Made by a program: the position numbers and the translations under genes. A stretch of DNA of 57,926 bases, counting the filler, from Basidiobolus ranarum (lineage: Eukaryota), in NCBI GenBank assembly GCA_040143965.1. It is 6 parts of 6 records of this genome, joined end to end, with 100 filler letters (N's around TTAATTAATTAA, not from the genome) between each part and the next. Parts side by side here need not be neighbours in the genome. Positions count along the whole stretch, not along the records: positions 1 to 9,579 come from JASJQH010007680.1; positions 9,680 to 19,257 come from JASJQH010007681.1; 4 more parts are not named here. The stretch is one strand, 5' to 3'. The first letter of the stretch is position 1. The number at the start of each line of letters is the position of its first letter. Below the pieces are notes generated by a model, which was not told the DNA's origin, ran no database searches, and worked only from the letters and a program-made list of their open reading frames with translations. Shown one piece after another: positions 1 through 12,386 of the stretch.

Positions 1-49
1 ACAAGAATTGGTTGTTGATAGTAAAATAAAATGCTGGAAATAGAACGGT

Positions 50-291
50 TTATAAAAGTTTCTGGGCATATTCGATAACGAAAGGCACTACACATAGTAT
101 AGAAAGGTTAGCAAAGTTACAGGAGAAATCTCTAGATCTACGCAATGTATATAAAATGTGATAGTAAACTTACCCAAACGAATGGCAGCCACAAGAGTGA
201 CGAAGTTGGTGAAATTGGACACAGTCTTCTGACGGTTCATGGCCTTCTCCTCTTCGGAGACCTTAGGGGGTTGGGGTTGCATGCCGAACAT
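50..291 (-). CDS. TOM5: Mitochondrial import receptor subunit Tom5 (2 exons, intron 88-173)
   Basis: Spliced product MFGMQPQPPKVSEEEKAMNRQKTVSNFTNFVTLVAAIRL|VPFVIEYAQKLL* resembles fungal Tom5 (MFG...SEEEK...TM with Pro). GTAAGT...CTAAC...TAG intron. Confidence 0.85.
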
Positions 292-611
292 TTTGTAGAA
301 TAAAGCAGTATACTGGGTCGAGAGAATAAACAAAGATAAAGCTCAAAATTTCACCTGAAGGGAATCACATAAATTTTCATGGGGGTAGGGCCCCATTTTT
401 TTCACCAAAAAGGTCAAATTCAATGATATCACAATACTTTTAATGTACCTGTAACAGCACTCGTAATCATCATTGATTTGTTTAACCTTAGAGCTACTCC
501 AGTACTAGTACTAGTAATAATCATCGATGTGTTAAATTTGACTACATTTGTGAACGAACAAGCTTAGGGTTATCTTCATTCGGAAGCGTGAAATGTCACT
601 TTCGTAGCTAT

Positions 612-663
612 CCAGTGCAAGAACTCAAATTAGGTGTAGCCAGTGCAAGAACTCATATTAGGT
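612..663. repeat. Short direct duplication, 24 bp x2 with one mismatch
   Basis: CCAGTGCAAGAACTCAAATTAGGT (612-635) and CCAGTGCAAGAACTCATATTAGGT (640-663). Confidence 0.85.
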
Positions 664-819
664 AGATAAAAGGAGTATAAAGCATTTTGATGTACAAGCC
701 AATCGCATATCCACAAGAGTATTTATTTAGATATAATAGTTCAAGATAGACTGCGCACAAGTGCTTGCTTGCAAAGAAGAGGGTAGGGAAAGGGTGGTGA
801 GTTTAGTTGATAATCACGT

Positions 820-1252
820 TTAGTTCTCCTCAACAACCTCAGTTTGAAGTCCCTTGTATGAAGTAACAGGGACGAAGGTAACATAAGTGTAAAGCTTTTC
901 TTTGGCATCTTCATCATCATTACGTCTGCGAGAAAGACGAACACGAATACGACGTTGAACATTACGGATACCGTGACTCCAAACTTGCTTGTTAACGGAG
1001 GGGTCCAAACGAACATCAACAGTGCCCATATGCTTGGCGGCAAAGGCCTTGATAGCCTTGACAGCGGTAGGGGCCTTCTTCTTGAATTGACTAGAAATAT
1101 TCGAGGGTTAAAAACCAACGCTACATCAAGTAAAGTCAAAAAACTAGCCAAACTTACCGATCGTGAATAAGCTTGTGGAGATGTACGGTGTACTCTCTGG
1201 TCACAACATCGGAGAGAGTAGAGCGCTTGGTACCTTTTTGTTCCTTAGCCAT
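820..1252 (-). CDS. RPL31: 60S ribosomal protein L31 (eL31); coding intron 1091-1157, probable 5'UTR intron 1255-1328
   Basis: [100 protein letters not shown], typical eL31. Confidence 0.97.
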
Positions 1253-1468
1253 TGCTATCGTTGAACATAATCATAGGTTAATTCAAGTAAATGGATGCAT
1301 ATATAAAATCTGGATATCATAGTCGTACCGAAAACAACACTGGATTAGCGAAAGAGAGAGAGAGCCAGAACCGCCGGAGTTGTCTTGTAATTGAAATGAT
1401 TCATACCAAATTTGGTAAATCTTTCATCGATTCCGAGTACGCTTTTTTTTTCGAAAATATCCTGACTT

Positions 1469-1483
1469 TAACCCTAACCCTAA
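1469..1483. promoter_or_regulatory. Telomere-like TAACCCTAACCCTAA (Tbf1/telo-box-like) in the divergent RPL31/PLP2 promoter
   Basis: Motif seen directly. Tbf1 binds TTAGGG motifs at ribosomal protein promoters in several fungi; function here is inferred. Confidence 0.45.
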
Positions 1484-1627
1484 TGCTTCATCTCATTTCT
1501 TTGGAAATAATCATAATATTCCAATTATGAAACTCAAATGATTCAACAAAAATTTCCTCTATTCTGAAATACTTAAGCCTACTTAGAAGCTAATAACTCT
1601 CTGCATACGGCACTTAATATTCTCCAA

Positions 1628-2525
1628 ATGAATCCCGATGAAGATACCGAGTGGAACGATATCCTTCGCGCGAAGGGTATCATTCCTCCGAAGGATGAAA
1701 TTACTGAAGATCAAGTGATGGATGCTTTAGAAGAGATAATTGCCGAAGCAAATTCCAAAAAACTTGACGAAAAAGATTTGGACGAACTAGATGAGTTAGA
1801 AGATGAAGAAGACGAAAGAGTTTTATTAGAGTATCGGTTAGTATTTTAAACGAGAAAAATCGAAGCTATTATCAGATGACGATACTTAATGTCTGAGTTT
1901 TTTGTAGTCAAAAGAGAATGGCTGAGATGCAGGCTCAGGCAGAAAAAGATGTCTTTGGTGAGCTTACACAAATCTCCGAGCAGGATTTCGTTAAAGAGGT
2001 CACTGAGGCTAGCAAAGAAGTTTCAGTTGTTGTGCATCTTTTTAAAGATCAGTAAGTTGACTGCGATATTCTCTTTCGTCAATCTACGTCCACCTAAACG
2101 AAACCATAAAATGCTCAGATATCCAGCTTGCCGTCTCATGAACGCACACCTTTCTACCCTAGCACAGAAATACAAGTCCACCAAATTTGTTAAAATCATA
2201 TCGGACAATTGTATTCACGGCTATCCAGACCAAAACCTTCCTACACTTCTCATTTATGTTGCAGGTGATTTGAGAAAGCAACAAATTGGTTTGTTGGGTC
2301 TTGGTGGAATGAGTATGAAACCAGAAGGTTAGATTTCTCGGTAGTTTTGGTGATGTTTATATGTCAACTAAATCAAACTTTTATTCAGATTTGGAGAATC
2401 TATTCGATACCTGTGGTGCTATTGTACGCAGTCGTCCCGCTCACTCTGAAGAGCCCACCAAGAAGCAATTCTCTATATATAGTAGCTCAGCAGCATTAAG
2501 TGATGATGAAGATTCCGACTATTAA
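1628..2525 (+). CDS. PLP2: Phosducin-like protein Plp2/PDCL3 (4 exons)
   Basis: MNPDEDTEWNDILRAKGIIPPK, DELEDEEDERVL, VVVHLF, KFVKI...CIHGYPDQNLPTLLIY, acidic tail SDDEDSDY*. Canonical introns. Confidence 0.93.
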
Positions 2526-2839
2526 TTATTATTAATGGCTTCAATAAAGTAATTTCAAGCTGACCCTAACCCTAAGAACTATCGAATGTGATAAAAACTG
2601 GTTTAACCCTAAACCTAATACATAAAGAAATGCTTAACCCCACCAATATCTCCCCAGGAAATTTCGGATACGGGGGAGTTGAAAAAAGTGAGCAAAGTTA
2701 GTGGTGAATTATAGATTCTAAGTGGGGTAATTCCATTTTTTTGAGGAACAAAGGTTGGGTCATAGTATCTATTAGTTTTGACTTGTTTAGCTATATCAGT
2801 GAGCTTTGTAATTGCTTCTACTTGGAAAACATTCCCAAA

Positions 2840-3540
2840 ATGTCCAGACAACTTTTAAAACTTCGTAACGCTGGAAGTTTGCTTTCACGTAGAAATAACC
2901 CTCTTGGTAGCTTAAAGAATACCCGCACTTTGGCTTCTCAAAGTGACTCTCACCAACATGAACAACATAACTTTCCAGTTGAAGGTGAGTGCTCTCTAGA
3001 CGAAGCAAGAGTTTTGTCTTTTACTTATACTATTTATAGAACATAAAAGTAATTCTTATGCGATTATATAGATTTCTCCGGTGGTTTCTGGAAAGGTACT
3101 GTTCTTGTTATTGGTGGAGCCTTTTTGTGGTCCAAGTTAGATGATGTTGTTATGAGCAAATCCGAGGTACTTTAGATTGTTCCTACAGTTTCATGTAACT
3201 ACGAAATTCACATATACTTTGTACAGCAACATCCTATCACTCGATTCATCGAACGCTTAATGACTCCCGAGCAAGTATGGAAAGATATCAATCAAAGAGA
3301 ACTCCAAATGGTCGCTGATTACGTTGAACAAAGCTTCATTTTGAAAGAGGATGTTCGCCCTAGATTCCGTGCCTTACGTTATCCTGAGTATGTATCATTT
3401 ACATGGATAGAATTCCCTATAAGTCAGTTACTTATCTGAAATATCTTTTTAGGATGTTTGAACGTGCTTCTCCCCATGCTTTAGTTACTGGTGATCAAGC
3501 TGACCTTTCTGATTTGGTCATTAAGGGACATCGTTATTAG
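2840..3540 (+). CDS. NADH:ubiquinone oxidoreductase 17.8 kDa accessory subunit (nuo-17.8-like), 4 exons
   Basis: Arg/Ser-rich presequence, HQHEQHNFPVE|DFSGGFWKGTVLVIGGAFLW (TM), HPITRFIE, LRYPE|MFERASPHALVTGDQADLSDL. Confidence 0.7.
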
Positions 3541-3758
3541 CCTCCCTTCCTTCAAAGATGCATGTTAATCCTTATTAAACTGTTCAGCACCACCTTCAAT
3601 CACCACCTTACATAGCCCATGGAAGTCTACATTTTTTCCTTACACTTTCCCTTTGTTGATTGGGCCAGCTTAGTCAATAAAGATCTAACTTTAACTATAT
3701 TACCAAGTTGTATCTTTACATAAAATACAATCTAGAAATATGATCCAATGTGTGGTTT

Positions 3759-4073
3759 TGATGTGAATCTAGACTAGAGCAAGGCAGGGTTGGATCAGAT
3801 GAAGGAGCGGAGGACAAAGGAGGAAAGGAACAGGGAATAGGAGATATGTTTCAAGATATAAACAAAGTATTTATTCAAGTTACTAGGTAAAGATCAAGCT
3901 ATTCAGGTACTATGATATATGTGTGTGTTGGCATGGCGAAGCTACAATAATTTGGGCGAAGTACTGTTCCAAGAATCGGTTCATTATATCGTCAGTTGAC
4001 CGATCGTATCAAGGGTTAGCCGATCATATGAAGAGTCAACCGATCAAGTCAGATCATAATGTAGGATGCGACA
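3759..4073 (-). mobile_element. Solo LTR (315 bp) with perfect 5-bp TSD GGTTT
   Basis: TG(ATG)...(CGA)CA termini flanked by GGTTT at 3754-3758 and 4074-4078. AATAAA on the minus strand near 3870. Confidence 0.75.
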
Positions 4074-4125
4074 GGTTTATCCACATTTATTTAGATGAGC
4101 TTGACAATGAAAATCAAATATTGTG

Positions 4126-4163
4126 ATATTTACAACTAAACCCTATATTTACAACTAAACCCT
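4126..4163. repeat. Perfect 19-bp tandem duplication followed by AACCCT
   Basis: ATATTTACAACTAAACCCT x2. Confidence 0.9.
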
Positions 4164-4846
4164 AACCCTTTCTTGTTCCTCGACTCTTTGGAATTGGCTA
4201 GATATTTGAATTGAATGATTATATGAATTGGTTCGTGCTGAAAATATCGACCAGCATTCATAGTAATGATTCAATGCGAGTTTGTAAGGATTCTATCATA
4301 AGGGTATAGCATAGGACATAACAGGGTACAATCGAAGTGACAATATTACCAGCCACAGCCACAGGTCTAGACTCTTCGTGTACCCGGGTTATCTTGAACT
4401 AATCTGGTTTAATTTTAACCAAAATAAGGATCTTTGCGGTAAGTTTTATATAAATAAATAATCTTCACTAAACTCGAAGAATAACCCTAAGATGACACTC
4501 CAAAAGATCATCGATCAATTAAGCCAAAGAAAGCCACAGAGTTGAAGAGATGAAAGGTAATGGACACGGGCACGTGATAGATAGGAGGTTGTTGTAAGAT
4601 GATAGTAGAGTTGCACATTTGTCATAATCGATTATTTTATAATAACAGTTTAGCCATATACAATGATGATATACATCGACCAGGTAGAAGATGGTTACGC
4701 AAATAGATTTGAATGAAATGGGTAATTTTGTAAAGGAATGTTGGAACTATGAGACCAAACGAAACCAAACTCAAGGAAGGTGATGCAGAAGATGGTGATG
4801 AGAGAGGGGTTGGTGGTTAGATTTAGTAAAGTGCAAGTATGCCATC

Positions 4847-7024
4847 TCAATTGTACTTGTTCTTTAATGGTAGAGCAGGGCGATCATCTTCATCCTCTTG
4901 GTCATTACTCAAAGAAAGTGCGTGAACAGCTTGATCAATTGGGAACTCTTCAAGTGTATCAAAGGTAGCTTTAGGAGAGCCTGGGACCGATAGAGGTCTA
5001 GGGATTTTGTGATGTTCACCTTGGCCAAAGGCGTCCTCACCAGAGAAAGAGTCAGAGTAGCATCTTCTCAAGGCAAGCTGTCTGGCTTTCATGTATTCAA
5101 TTCCAAGACGTTTCCAATCTAACAAGTCGCTAAGACGCTCAGTACGATTACGTTGATTGATACGCTGACGACGGGTCTTTTGACAGAATTCGAACATCTG
5201 GTTACATAATTGTTCAATAGATTCATCCACTGCCTTCATCCGACGATCAACAATGTAGATACCATAATCAGAGGGATTTTCAATGTTATCTTCCATGTAG
5301 CAACCAAAACCAGAAAGATTTGTAGTAATTGATGGAACACCCATGACGGTACATTCGGCTGGAGTGTAACCCCAAGGCTCGTAGTAAGAAGCAAATACTC
5401 CCAAATGACAACCACGGACAAAATCCTCATAGTCGAGGCCAAGAACAGGATTGTTGGAATTGAGGAATTCAGGATGGAAAATGACCTTCACACGATCACC
5501 ATCAAAGTTAAATAGGTGGTTACGGCGAAGTGAATTCAATACTTGATCATTTGCGTCATCAACCAAGTTGTGGGTGACGATGGATGGTAAGCTGTTACGC
5601 TTAAGAGCAAAGACACGACGTTTTAACAAAACCTTTTCTTCTTCAGAAAGAAGGTCACCGCAATCCTTGGGTTCTTGTCCACGAGCAGCAGCTTCAAATA
5701 ATCTTTCTCCGATATTCTTCTGAATCTGTTCGACAGTGTCCTTTAACTGTTTGGTAACGGCTTGACCTTTCAGGGTATCGACAGTATAGGATTGTGTTTG
5801 AGCGGGCATAATGATAAAGGAAACCACGGTAGTCTTCGAGTTGGAGTTTCTTAGACGCTGGTTGAGTCTGGCTAAGGATTCAATGAACATGTCTACACCC
5901 TTATTACGGAACTCATAGCGACCAGCTGTGAAGAAATATACAGTGTTTTCCAGATCAAAATTGTAATGACCGTAGAAATGTCCTCTAACAAAATCATTGA
6001 TCTTTTCTTTAGCAATGGCGTGGAGGTTTTGGAATTCGTGCATGGCACTGAATTTAACAACATTCAGTCCATTTGGCAACACACCATCAGGCTTTCTTTT
6101 GAGTAAATGCTCCGCTTCGTAAGCGGTAATGTGAGAAACAGTAGTAAATACATCAGCACAATGAGCGGAAGCCCTTTCTAAGCAATAGCGATGATAAATT
6201 CCACGCTTTCCAGCTTCATGGTCGACATCAAAGTCACGTAGGCCGTTGTAAAAATCAGCACTACCGGCACAAAGGTATCTACCGAGAAGGGTAGCATGAG
6301 TGGTGAAGATAGTGGCGACGTCAATTTGACGTTTTCTGCAGAGAACCAAACCGACACCAGCAAGCCATTCATGGAAATGGGCAATGACGGCAGTATGGCG
6401 TTGACGACGAACAAACTAAATGATTTCAAAAAGATTAGCACATGAATTCCGGTTCACAAACCAGATTAAAATTAAAATACGTACGTCTTCCAAAAACCAT
6501 GCGACTAAGTAACCGAAGAGGATGGCGTCATTGGTTTCGGAGTCATTTGCGGGAGAGGGGATACCAGCAATCTTCCAAACATCAGCTTTCCATTCATCAA
6601 GCTTATGGAAAACTGACATGATATCAAAGAGAAGGACGTTGGGAGCTCCTTCTACGAGCCAGCGGCCGTAAAGGTACTTCACACCAGCATCTTCCATACT
6701 TTTCAGGGTATCTTTCATTTCCTGTGTACTGGGTTCCAGGCTTTCAACTTCCATAGGAGCGGTTTTCCAGTTGAGAGGCCCGATAAGAGTAAAACGGTCA
6801 CCATACTCCTTCACTGTAACGGGAGCTTTGGTCTTGATGACGGTGTAGATTCCACCAACTACAAAATTATATGAATTAGAGGTAAATAAAGCAATCACTA
6901 GGCAGTTGAAGACAATAGCATTATTATGCTCAAGCACTATTGCGTGCTCATACGCACCTTTGTTGGCAACTTCCCAAGCGATTTCGAACAAAAGAGGTCT
7001 GTGGACATCTCGTTTTTGAGCCAT
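4847..7024 (-). CDS. GSY1: Glycogen [starch] synthase, GT3 family (2 introns in the 5' part)
   Basis: [85 protein letters not shown], regulatory RPLSVPGSP. Confidence 0.98.
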
Positions 7025-7359
7025 TTTAATTGAGTAAGAGGTAAAGAGATGACGCGGTAGTCAGTCTGAAAAGGTTGTGGGGTGAGGTGACTTCACAGAC
7101 ACCAAGCTGAAATATATAGTTCATGGCAACCCCTTGGCTATTGGATATCAACTGTCTATTCGAGAACTTATCAGGTTGGACGAGATTTCGAAATCGTAAG
7201 AGAGGAGTCAACCAATGAGAGGGCCAATTACGAATGTATATTAAAATAAGGAATCAATATATTTCAAAAAGAGTAAGAGCATGTCGAGTCACTAAATAAG
7301 ATGAAATACTTGTTCACAACCAAAGATGCAGTCATTTATTCGATTTGCAATGTTGTCAA

Positions 7360-7790
7360 TGTTACGTAAACTGAGTAGAGGTTCTCCGAGGAGAAGAGTA
7401 GGGGAAAGGATGCATGTTTCTGTGACGGTGATTTAGATGGTAAGCTGGGGTTTATCGCAAGAGTCAAATCCCTGGATATCAATATAGGCTTTATTAGCAT
7501 AAAATAAGGAATCATCTTTATGGGCCAGATTGTTTGAATTAATGTGGCTTGACCTGTTCTGAGGATGGGTATAGATATGGGTTCGCACTCACACTCGGGT
7601 TAGGATTAGGTTTGGATTTGGATTTGGAATGGCTTGGGTGTGATGGATTTGTATAATCATCGACTGGTCATCCATTGGTCATCAGTTGATTAGGAGCTTC
7701 CCGAATTGATCACAGGTACATGGATTGACTGCAAATTTGATCAACTGTTCGATCTTGTCAGCTGCTCCCAGCGCCACACTTCCCTCACTT
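7360..7790 (-). mobile_element. Probable 3' LTR (about 7360-7778) with adjacent polypurine tract; internal remnant to the right unclassified
   Basis: Minus strand reads AAAAAGTGAGGGAAG (PPT) directly before TGTGGCG; the candidate other end is ...CGTAACA at 7360. Left boundary uncertain. Confidence 0.45.
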
Positions 7791-9002
7791 TTTGTCAATC
7801 TTCTCGGTTACCTTTAGGATTTATGTAACAAGCTTATCGATCTACACACAATCTCCTACTGTACGCCGACAATCCTTTTTACCTAGCGCATTTGCCCAAT
7901 ACATGTAGCTACAATGCTGGGAAATTTGTGAGATAACCACATTGCTTGGGGTCGCCAAGGTGGCCTTTCTGATACTGATTTATAAGTAACAAAAGAAGGT
8001 TGCCAAATGGTGCAAGTGGAGGAATACACGAATTTAAATGAAGATAGAAATCATCCTGCCCAAGCTTAAATATGAGGTAGTTTCCGGTGTAGTTTCGGCA
8101 GGTATGTGACGAATTTGCATTTGGCAATTAAATTTATCCAATACAATATTTATCGGGTTACTGTAAATTTAGCAGGGGCTGAATAGGTTTTATTTTATGC
8201 TCAATCTTTTCCTTTTTGGCGTTCTGAGGCCCAGAGTAGTCTTTTTTATGGTACGTAATCTTCGAGTCTGTGTAGCAGAACTTGGGTATGACTCTATTCT
8301 TTGTGCTGATGCTGGTAAAAAGCCTGTTCGTCGCTAATATATCTACTCCACAGAAGTAATTTCAGTTAGTGATTACAATCGGAGGTGGTTACTGTTGTGG
8401 TGCAGTATCTGAATTATATATTACACTTAGCCCAAATCACAGTGACCAAGTAACGGAAACTAATTCACTCCGTGTGCAGATTTGTATACCAAATATCATA
8501 ACGGTGCTATATGTATATATAGTATGAAGTTCAAATAATATAATGATATCTCCAACAATCAACATGAAACACTTCCAAATCTTTTCTCTTCATTGTCCTC
8601 AGTGTATAAGGTATACTAGCATTGACAGTAATTTGCAGAGGAATAGTTGACAATAATTTGAAGAGGAATAGTGAGAAATAGATTCAGTAATCTTAAACAA
8701 ATTTCTCTACGTGCAGTAATCTCCAAACCTGTGTAGTATTCCTATAACTGTCAGTTTCCATTTCGCGTATAAAGTATATATTGTGCTTGCTAATGTCATC
8801 AGGTTCTTCTAAGAGTTTAAATATCAGTCTGACGTTAACAAATCGATATATATTAAATATATGAACTCAAAAAAGGTTTAGAACAGAGGGAAGTGGTTAA
8901 TCTTTCTTAACCAGAGCACTGGTGAACACTTGAGGCCTAATAATCAAGATATTTTCTCAAATTCAGTATATATATACAGACAGTAATTTTTTATCTTTAG
9001 TC

Positions 9003-9280
9003 TGTTGAAATTAGCATTGCCTACACACCTATATAGTCATATATAGCTTAGTACTTAGTTATCTTATAATTCACTAAGATATTATCCATTATTCTCATAA
9101 GGAATTTTCTTAGAAGTTTGAAGATATATAGATTTTTCAAACTTGTGCTAGAAGCCCCAAACCTTGCACACATGTTCCTGGGACCTTCCTTAACACATTC
9201 TACATGTTAGTCTGTTTACATCTTGACAAAACTATAAATGTCAACTTTCTACTCAATATATCAATAAGTGAAAACCACCA
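9003..9280 (+). mobile_element. LTR family X copy, 3'-truncated or interrupted
   Basis: TGTTGAAATTAGCATTGCC... clearly homologous to 34971-35280, 38436-38596 and 29083-29185. Confidence 0.8.
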
Positions 9281-9579
9281 AATATTGAAGTTTATTGACT
9301 TTATCATATTTACTATCTCTATCTTTATACACCTAAATATTTCATATATCATATATAAGTTAGTTAACATTACTTAGTCAAATATCACTTAGCTGAAAAT
9401 TGGAACATATATTATATATATATGTGAATAATGTGAGAATTAGCAATTCTATATTGGAAGTTTCAAGCTAGTTCAAATTGCCCCCAAGATAGCTCATTTT
9501 ACTCCCACAGATGTTCTGAACACAACCCCAGTGTTAGTTTTCTGTATTTTCACCAAAATGTATAAATGCTTTATTTCTG

Positions 9580-9679
9580 NNNNNNNNNNNNNNNNNNNNN
9601 NNNNNNNNNNNNNNNNNNNNNNNTTAATTAATTAANNNNNNNNNNNNNNNNNNNNNNNNNNNNNNNNNNNNNNNNNNNN
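9580..9679. other. Artificial contig spacer with TTAATTAATTAA linker
   Basis: 100-nt N run with all-frame stop linker. Confidence 0.99.
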
Positions 9680-11497
9680 GAAGCCATAGAAAGCAACGTA
9701 TATATCATTCTATGACATACCTGGGAGATTGCACACCTTCACTGTATATTGTTGATATGCATTCACCCTAACAAAGCGCTATCGTGTGCCACAGTGATTT
9801 TCCATATCTGCTCTTTCAGTGTTACTTTGATTAATTGTGAATTATGTGCAACACTATAGGCGCACTCTCAATACAACTGATGGTTTTTCCTGTGCCGCCA
9901 TAGACCCTATACTGGTTCTCAATTGATGTGAACGCTAATTTAAATATACTAGGATGCAACTGACAAGAAAGGGACAAGCCTCCAACGCTCATTTAGGTCA
10001 TCATTTGCTTGTTTTATTATGATCCATGTATGCACCTTCAGAAACGTTGGAATTCATTTTTACTCTATTGTGAGAGCCTAATGAGCGATTTTGTGCAGCT
10101 GTTTGCTAATCGGGGAATTTTTCATCACCTCATGATTAATACATCCTTATGCTGTTTCTCGTTCAAGGGATTGGTTTCTACACAAAGGTAGGAATACACA
10201 GCGATGAGCTAGGGGATCTAAGTGATTAGCATTTAATCCTCCTCTGTTTATCTGTGGCACTCAAGTTGAAGAGCAGAGTCTGCTCTCCATTATTAATCAC
10301 CTTGTATGAGGCTACAGAATGAAACTGAATCTCTTCGTTGGGATGTGAAAACTTTCACGTGTGTGAACCAATTAACTCCATGTTCTATCATGCCTCTTTC
10401 CCCAAAATATTGGAAAAAACGGGTAGAGAACAGGGTTCGGGAACACTCAACGGAATCGATAGAATAGAGATTAACTGGAAACTCTTGAGATGAATGGATC
10501 TCTTTGATTTGGTTAGTGATTTTCTCAGCAGCAACGCTTGAAGTCTTTGATTTCAGTGTACACTGTTTAGTCGAGCGCATCATGAACAAGCGCTTTCCTC
10601 AAGAAATGCGATCAAGCCCGAACATTTGCTATGAAGGGATGAAGCAAGAGGATAGAGTGTTCATAAGAGTATCCACGTTGGTATTACCAAAATCTACCGA
10701 TGCTTGCTAACTTGTAACCCATATTATAATCATTGATTTATCGTCTACTAATGTACATCTGTAGTACAAGATTGGCAACCGGGAAACTTCAATGCCATTT
10801 AAAGGAAACCCTTAATGCTTAATGTGGGTGTTAAGGGATACTCTTACCAGAGTCTTCATCTTGTGCCAAGTGGTTATGGTAGATCCCCATCAGATAAATC
10901 CGTCACGCATTGAAGCTAAAAAATGGACCAAGTTGTATTTCGCGAGTCATAGTATTCATTGTTCACTACTTTAGTATGAAAATAGATTTTCTATATGTCT
11001 CTACTGTCTAGATTTTTGAACAGGCAATAGATACAGGCCTGGTTCCAGGAATGGCAGTACTCCTCACCAACGAGTTGGAATATTCTCAGTGTTCTTTATA
11101 CCTCAACATCTTCCGTAGTATGATCTTCAACCTTTGGAATAAGATCCTGCAAAGGCTATTACCGCTTAATCCAATGACCAGAATAGGTCTCAGGTGGGTC
11201 CCACATTCATATTAACAGTTTGCTACGTACAGTCACATCATTATGCCATAATATTTCCAAAGAGGAGTAAATGAATTAACAAGTATTGCCCATATCTTCC
11301 AATCAGCTATTCTTATGGTATCGGATTTTGAACTATGAAAACTTATGATGGCTCTTGCTTTACATGTAACTGCTTGTAATCATGACGTATCATTGTTAGA
11401 TGTCGATCCTCAAGATATATCTACTACGGTAACCATATGCCATGTACCATATATTGAACACTCCACTTCCTCTACTTTCACATTTCTTAAGAAACTC

Positions 11498-12019
11498 ATG
11501 GGTAACTTATTATCTTCACAAAAGCTTCAAGGAGGAAGCGGAGACCACTGCCGTCAAGAAGCTGATAAATATGCTCAGCTCAGGAATGAATGCTTTACAA
11601 AATCCCAAGCTCTATACAAAAGCGGTGATAAACAAGGTGCTAAAGAAGAATCAGAAAAAGGAAAGTCTTACACTAGAAAGATGGATGCCGCTAACAAGAA
11701 AGCGGTGGAGTTAATCTTCAAAGAGAAGAATTCCTCTCTGCCAAAGAATGAGCTTGATCTCCATGGACTTCATGTAAAAGAGGCATTGGCTGTGGTTGAG
11801 GAACGAGTTAACAAATGTAAACGTAGAAAAAAGATCGACCATTTGACAATCATAGTTGGCATGGGTAATCATTCTGCCGACGGTGTCCAAAGACTGAAGC
11901 CCGCAATTGAGTCTTGGTTACAACAACAGAACCTAACCTATTCTGTTGATAAGCCTAATCGGGGATGTCTATTCGTTGAGCTCAAGGGTAATACTGGCTC
12001 TTCATGTGTTATTAGCTAA
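11498..12019 (+). CDS. DUF1771 + Smr (small MutS-related) domain endonuclease-like protein, intronless
   Basis: RQEADKYAQLRNECFTKSQALYKSGDKQGAKEES (DUF1771), ELDLHGLHVKEAL, IIVGMGNHS, LKPAI, PNRGCLFV (Smr). Likely start is MGNLLS at 11498. Confidence 0.9.
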   Translation: MGNLLSSQKLQGGSGDHCRQEADKYAQLRNECFTKSQALYKSGDKQGAKEESEKGKSYTRKMDAANKKAVELIFKEKNSSLPKNELDLHGLHVKEALAVVEERVNKCKRRKKIDHLTIIVGMGNHSADGVQRLKPAIESWLQQQNLTYSVDKPNRGCLFVELKGNTGSSCVIS

Positions 12020-12386
12020 TCCTCTCTTGATTCATTTTTCATCACGCAAGGATTTTTATAAATTAATCTTACGTCAAACGATGTCATAGCTACTGCATCC
12101 ATGCTGTCATTGAAATCGAGGTTGTACATAATAAATGAAAAGTGCTTAAATAAATTAGATTACAAACAGAAATGAATGATTTATTCAACATTAATCGTCT
12201 TCTAACTCTAACTTACGGATTCTATCATGAATAAATATTGGTGGTAGAATGGAAAATATATAATATTAAGCATGTATTTTAAGAAGACAGTTAGATCCGG
12301 CATCTGGTGTGACCTACAGAGCCCAACAAACTAGAAGTAAACATGAGAAGTAGATTCTCGTCTTGAAAACATCCCGTATTTACTTG

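Noticed and set aside
612..663. Short direct repeats as a CRISPR-like array
   Set aside because: Only two units with a 4-nt spacer in eukaryotic DNA; a simple local duplication.
741..1170. ORFs of 136 aa and 71 aa overlapping RPL31, and similar shadow ORFs over GSY1, SUA7, PTR2 and the copia pol genes
   Set aside because: Alternate-frame or antisense shadows of real genes.
1255..1328. RPL31 5'UTR intron as a snoRNA host
   Set aside because: Only 74 nt, with no convincing C/D or H/ACA boxes.
9624..9635. Periodic TTAATTAATTAA palindrome inside N runs
   Set aside because: Synthetic six-frame stop linker, not biological.
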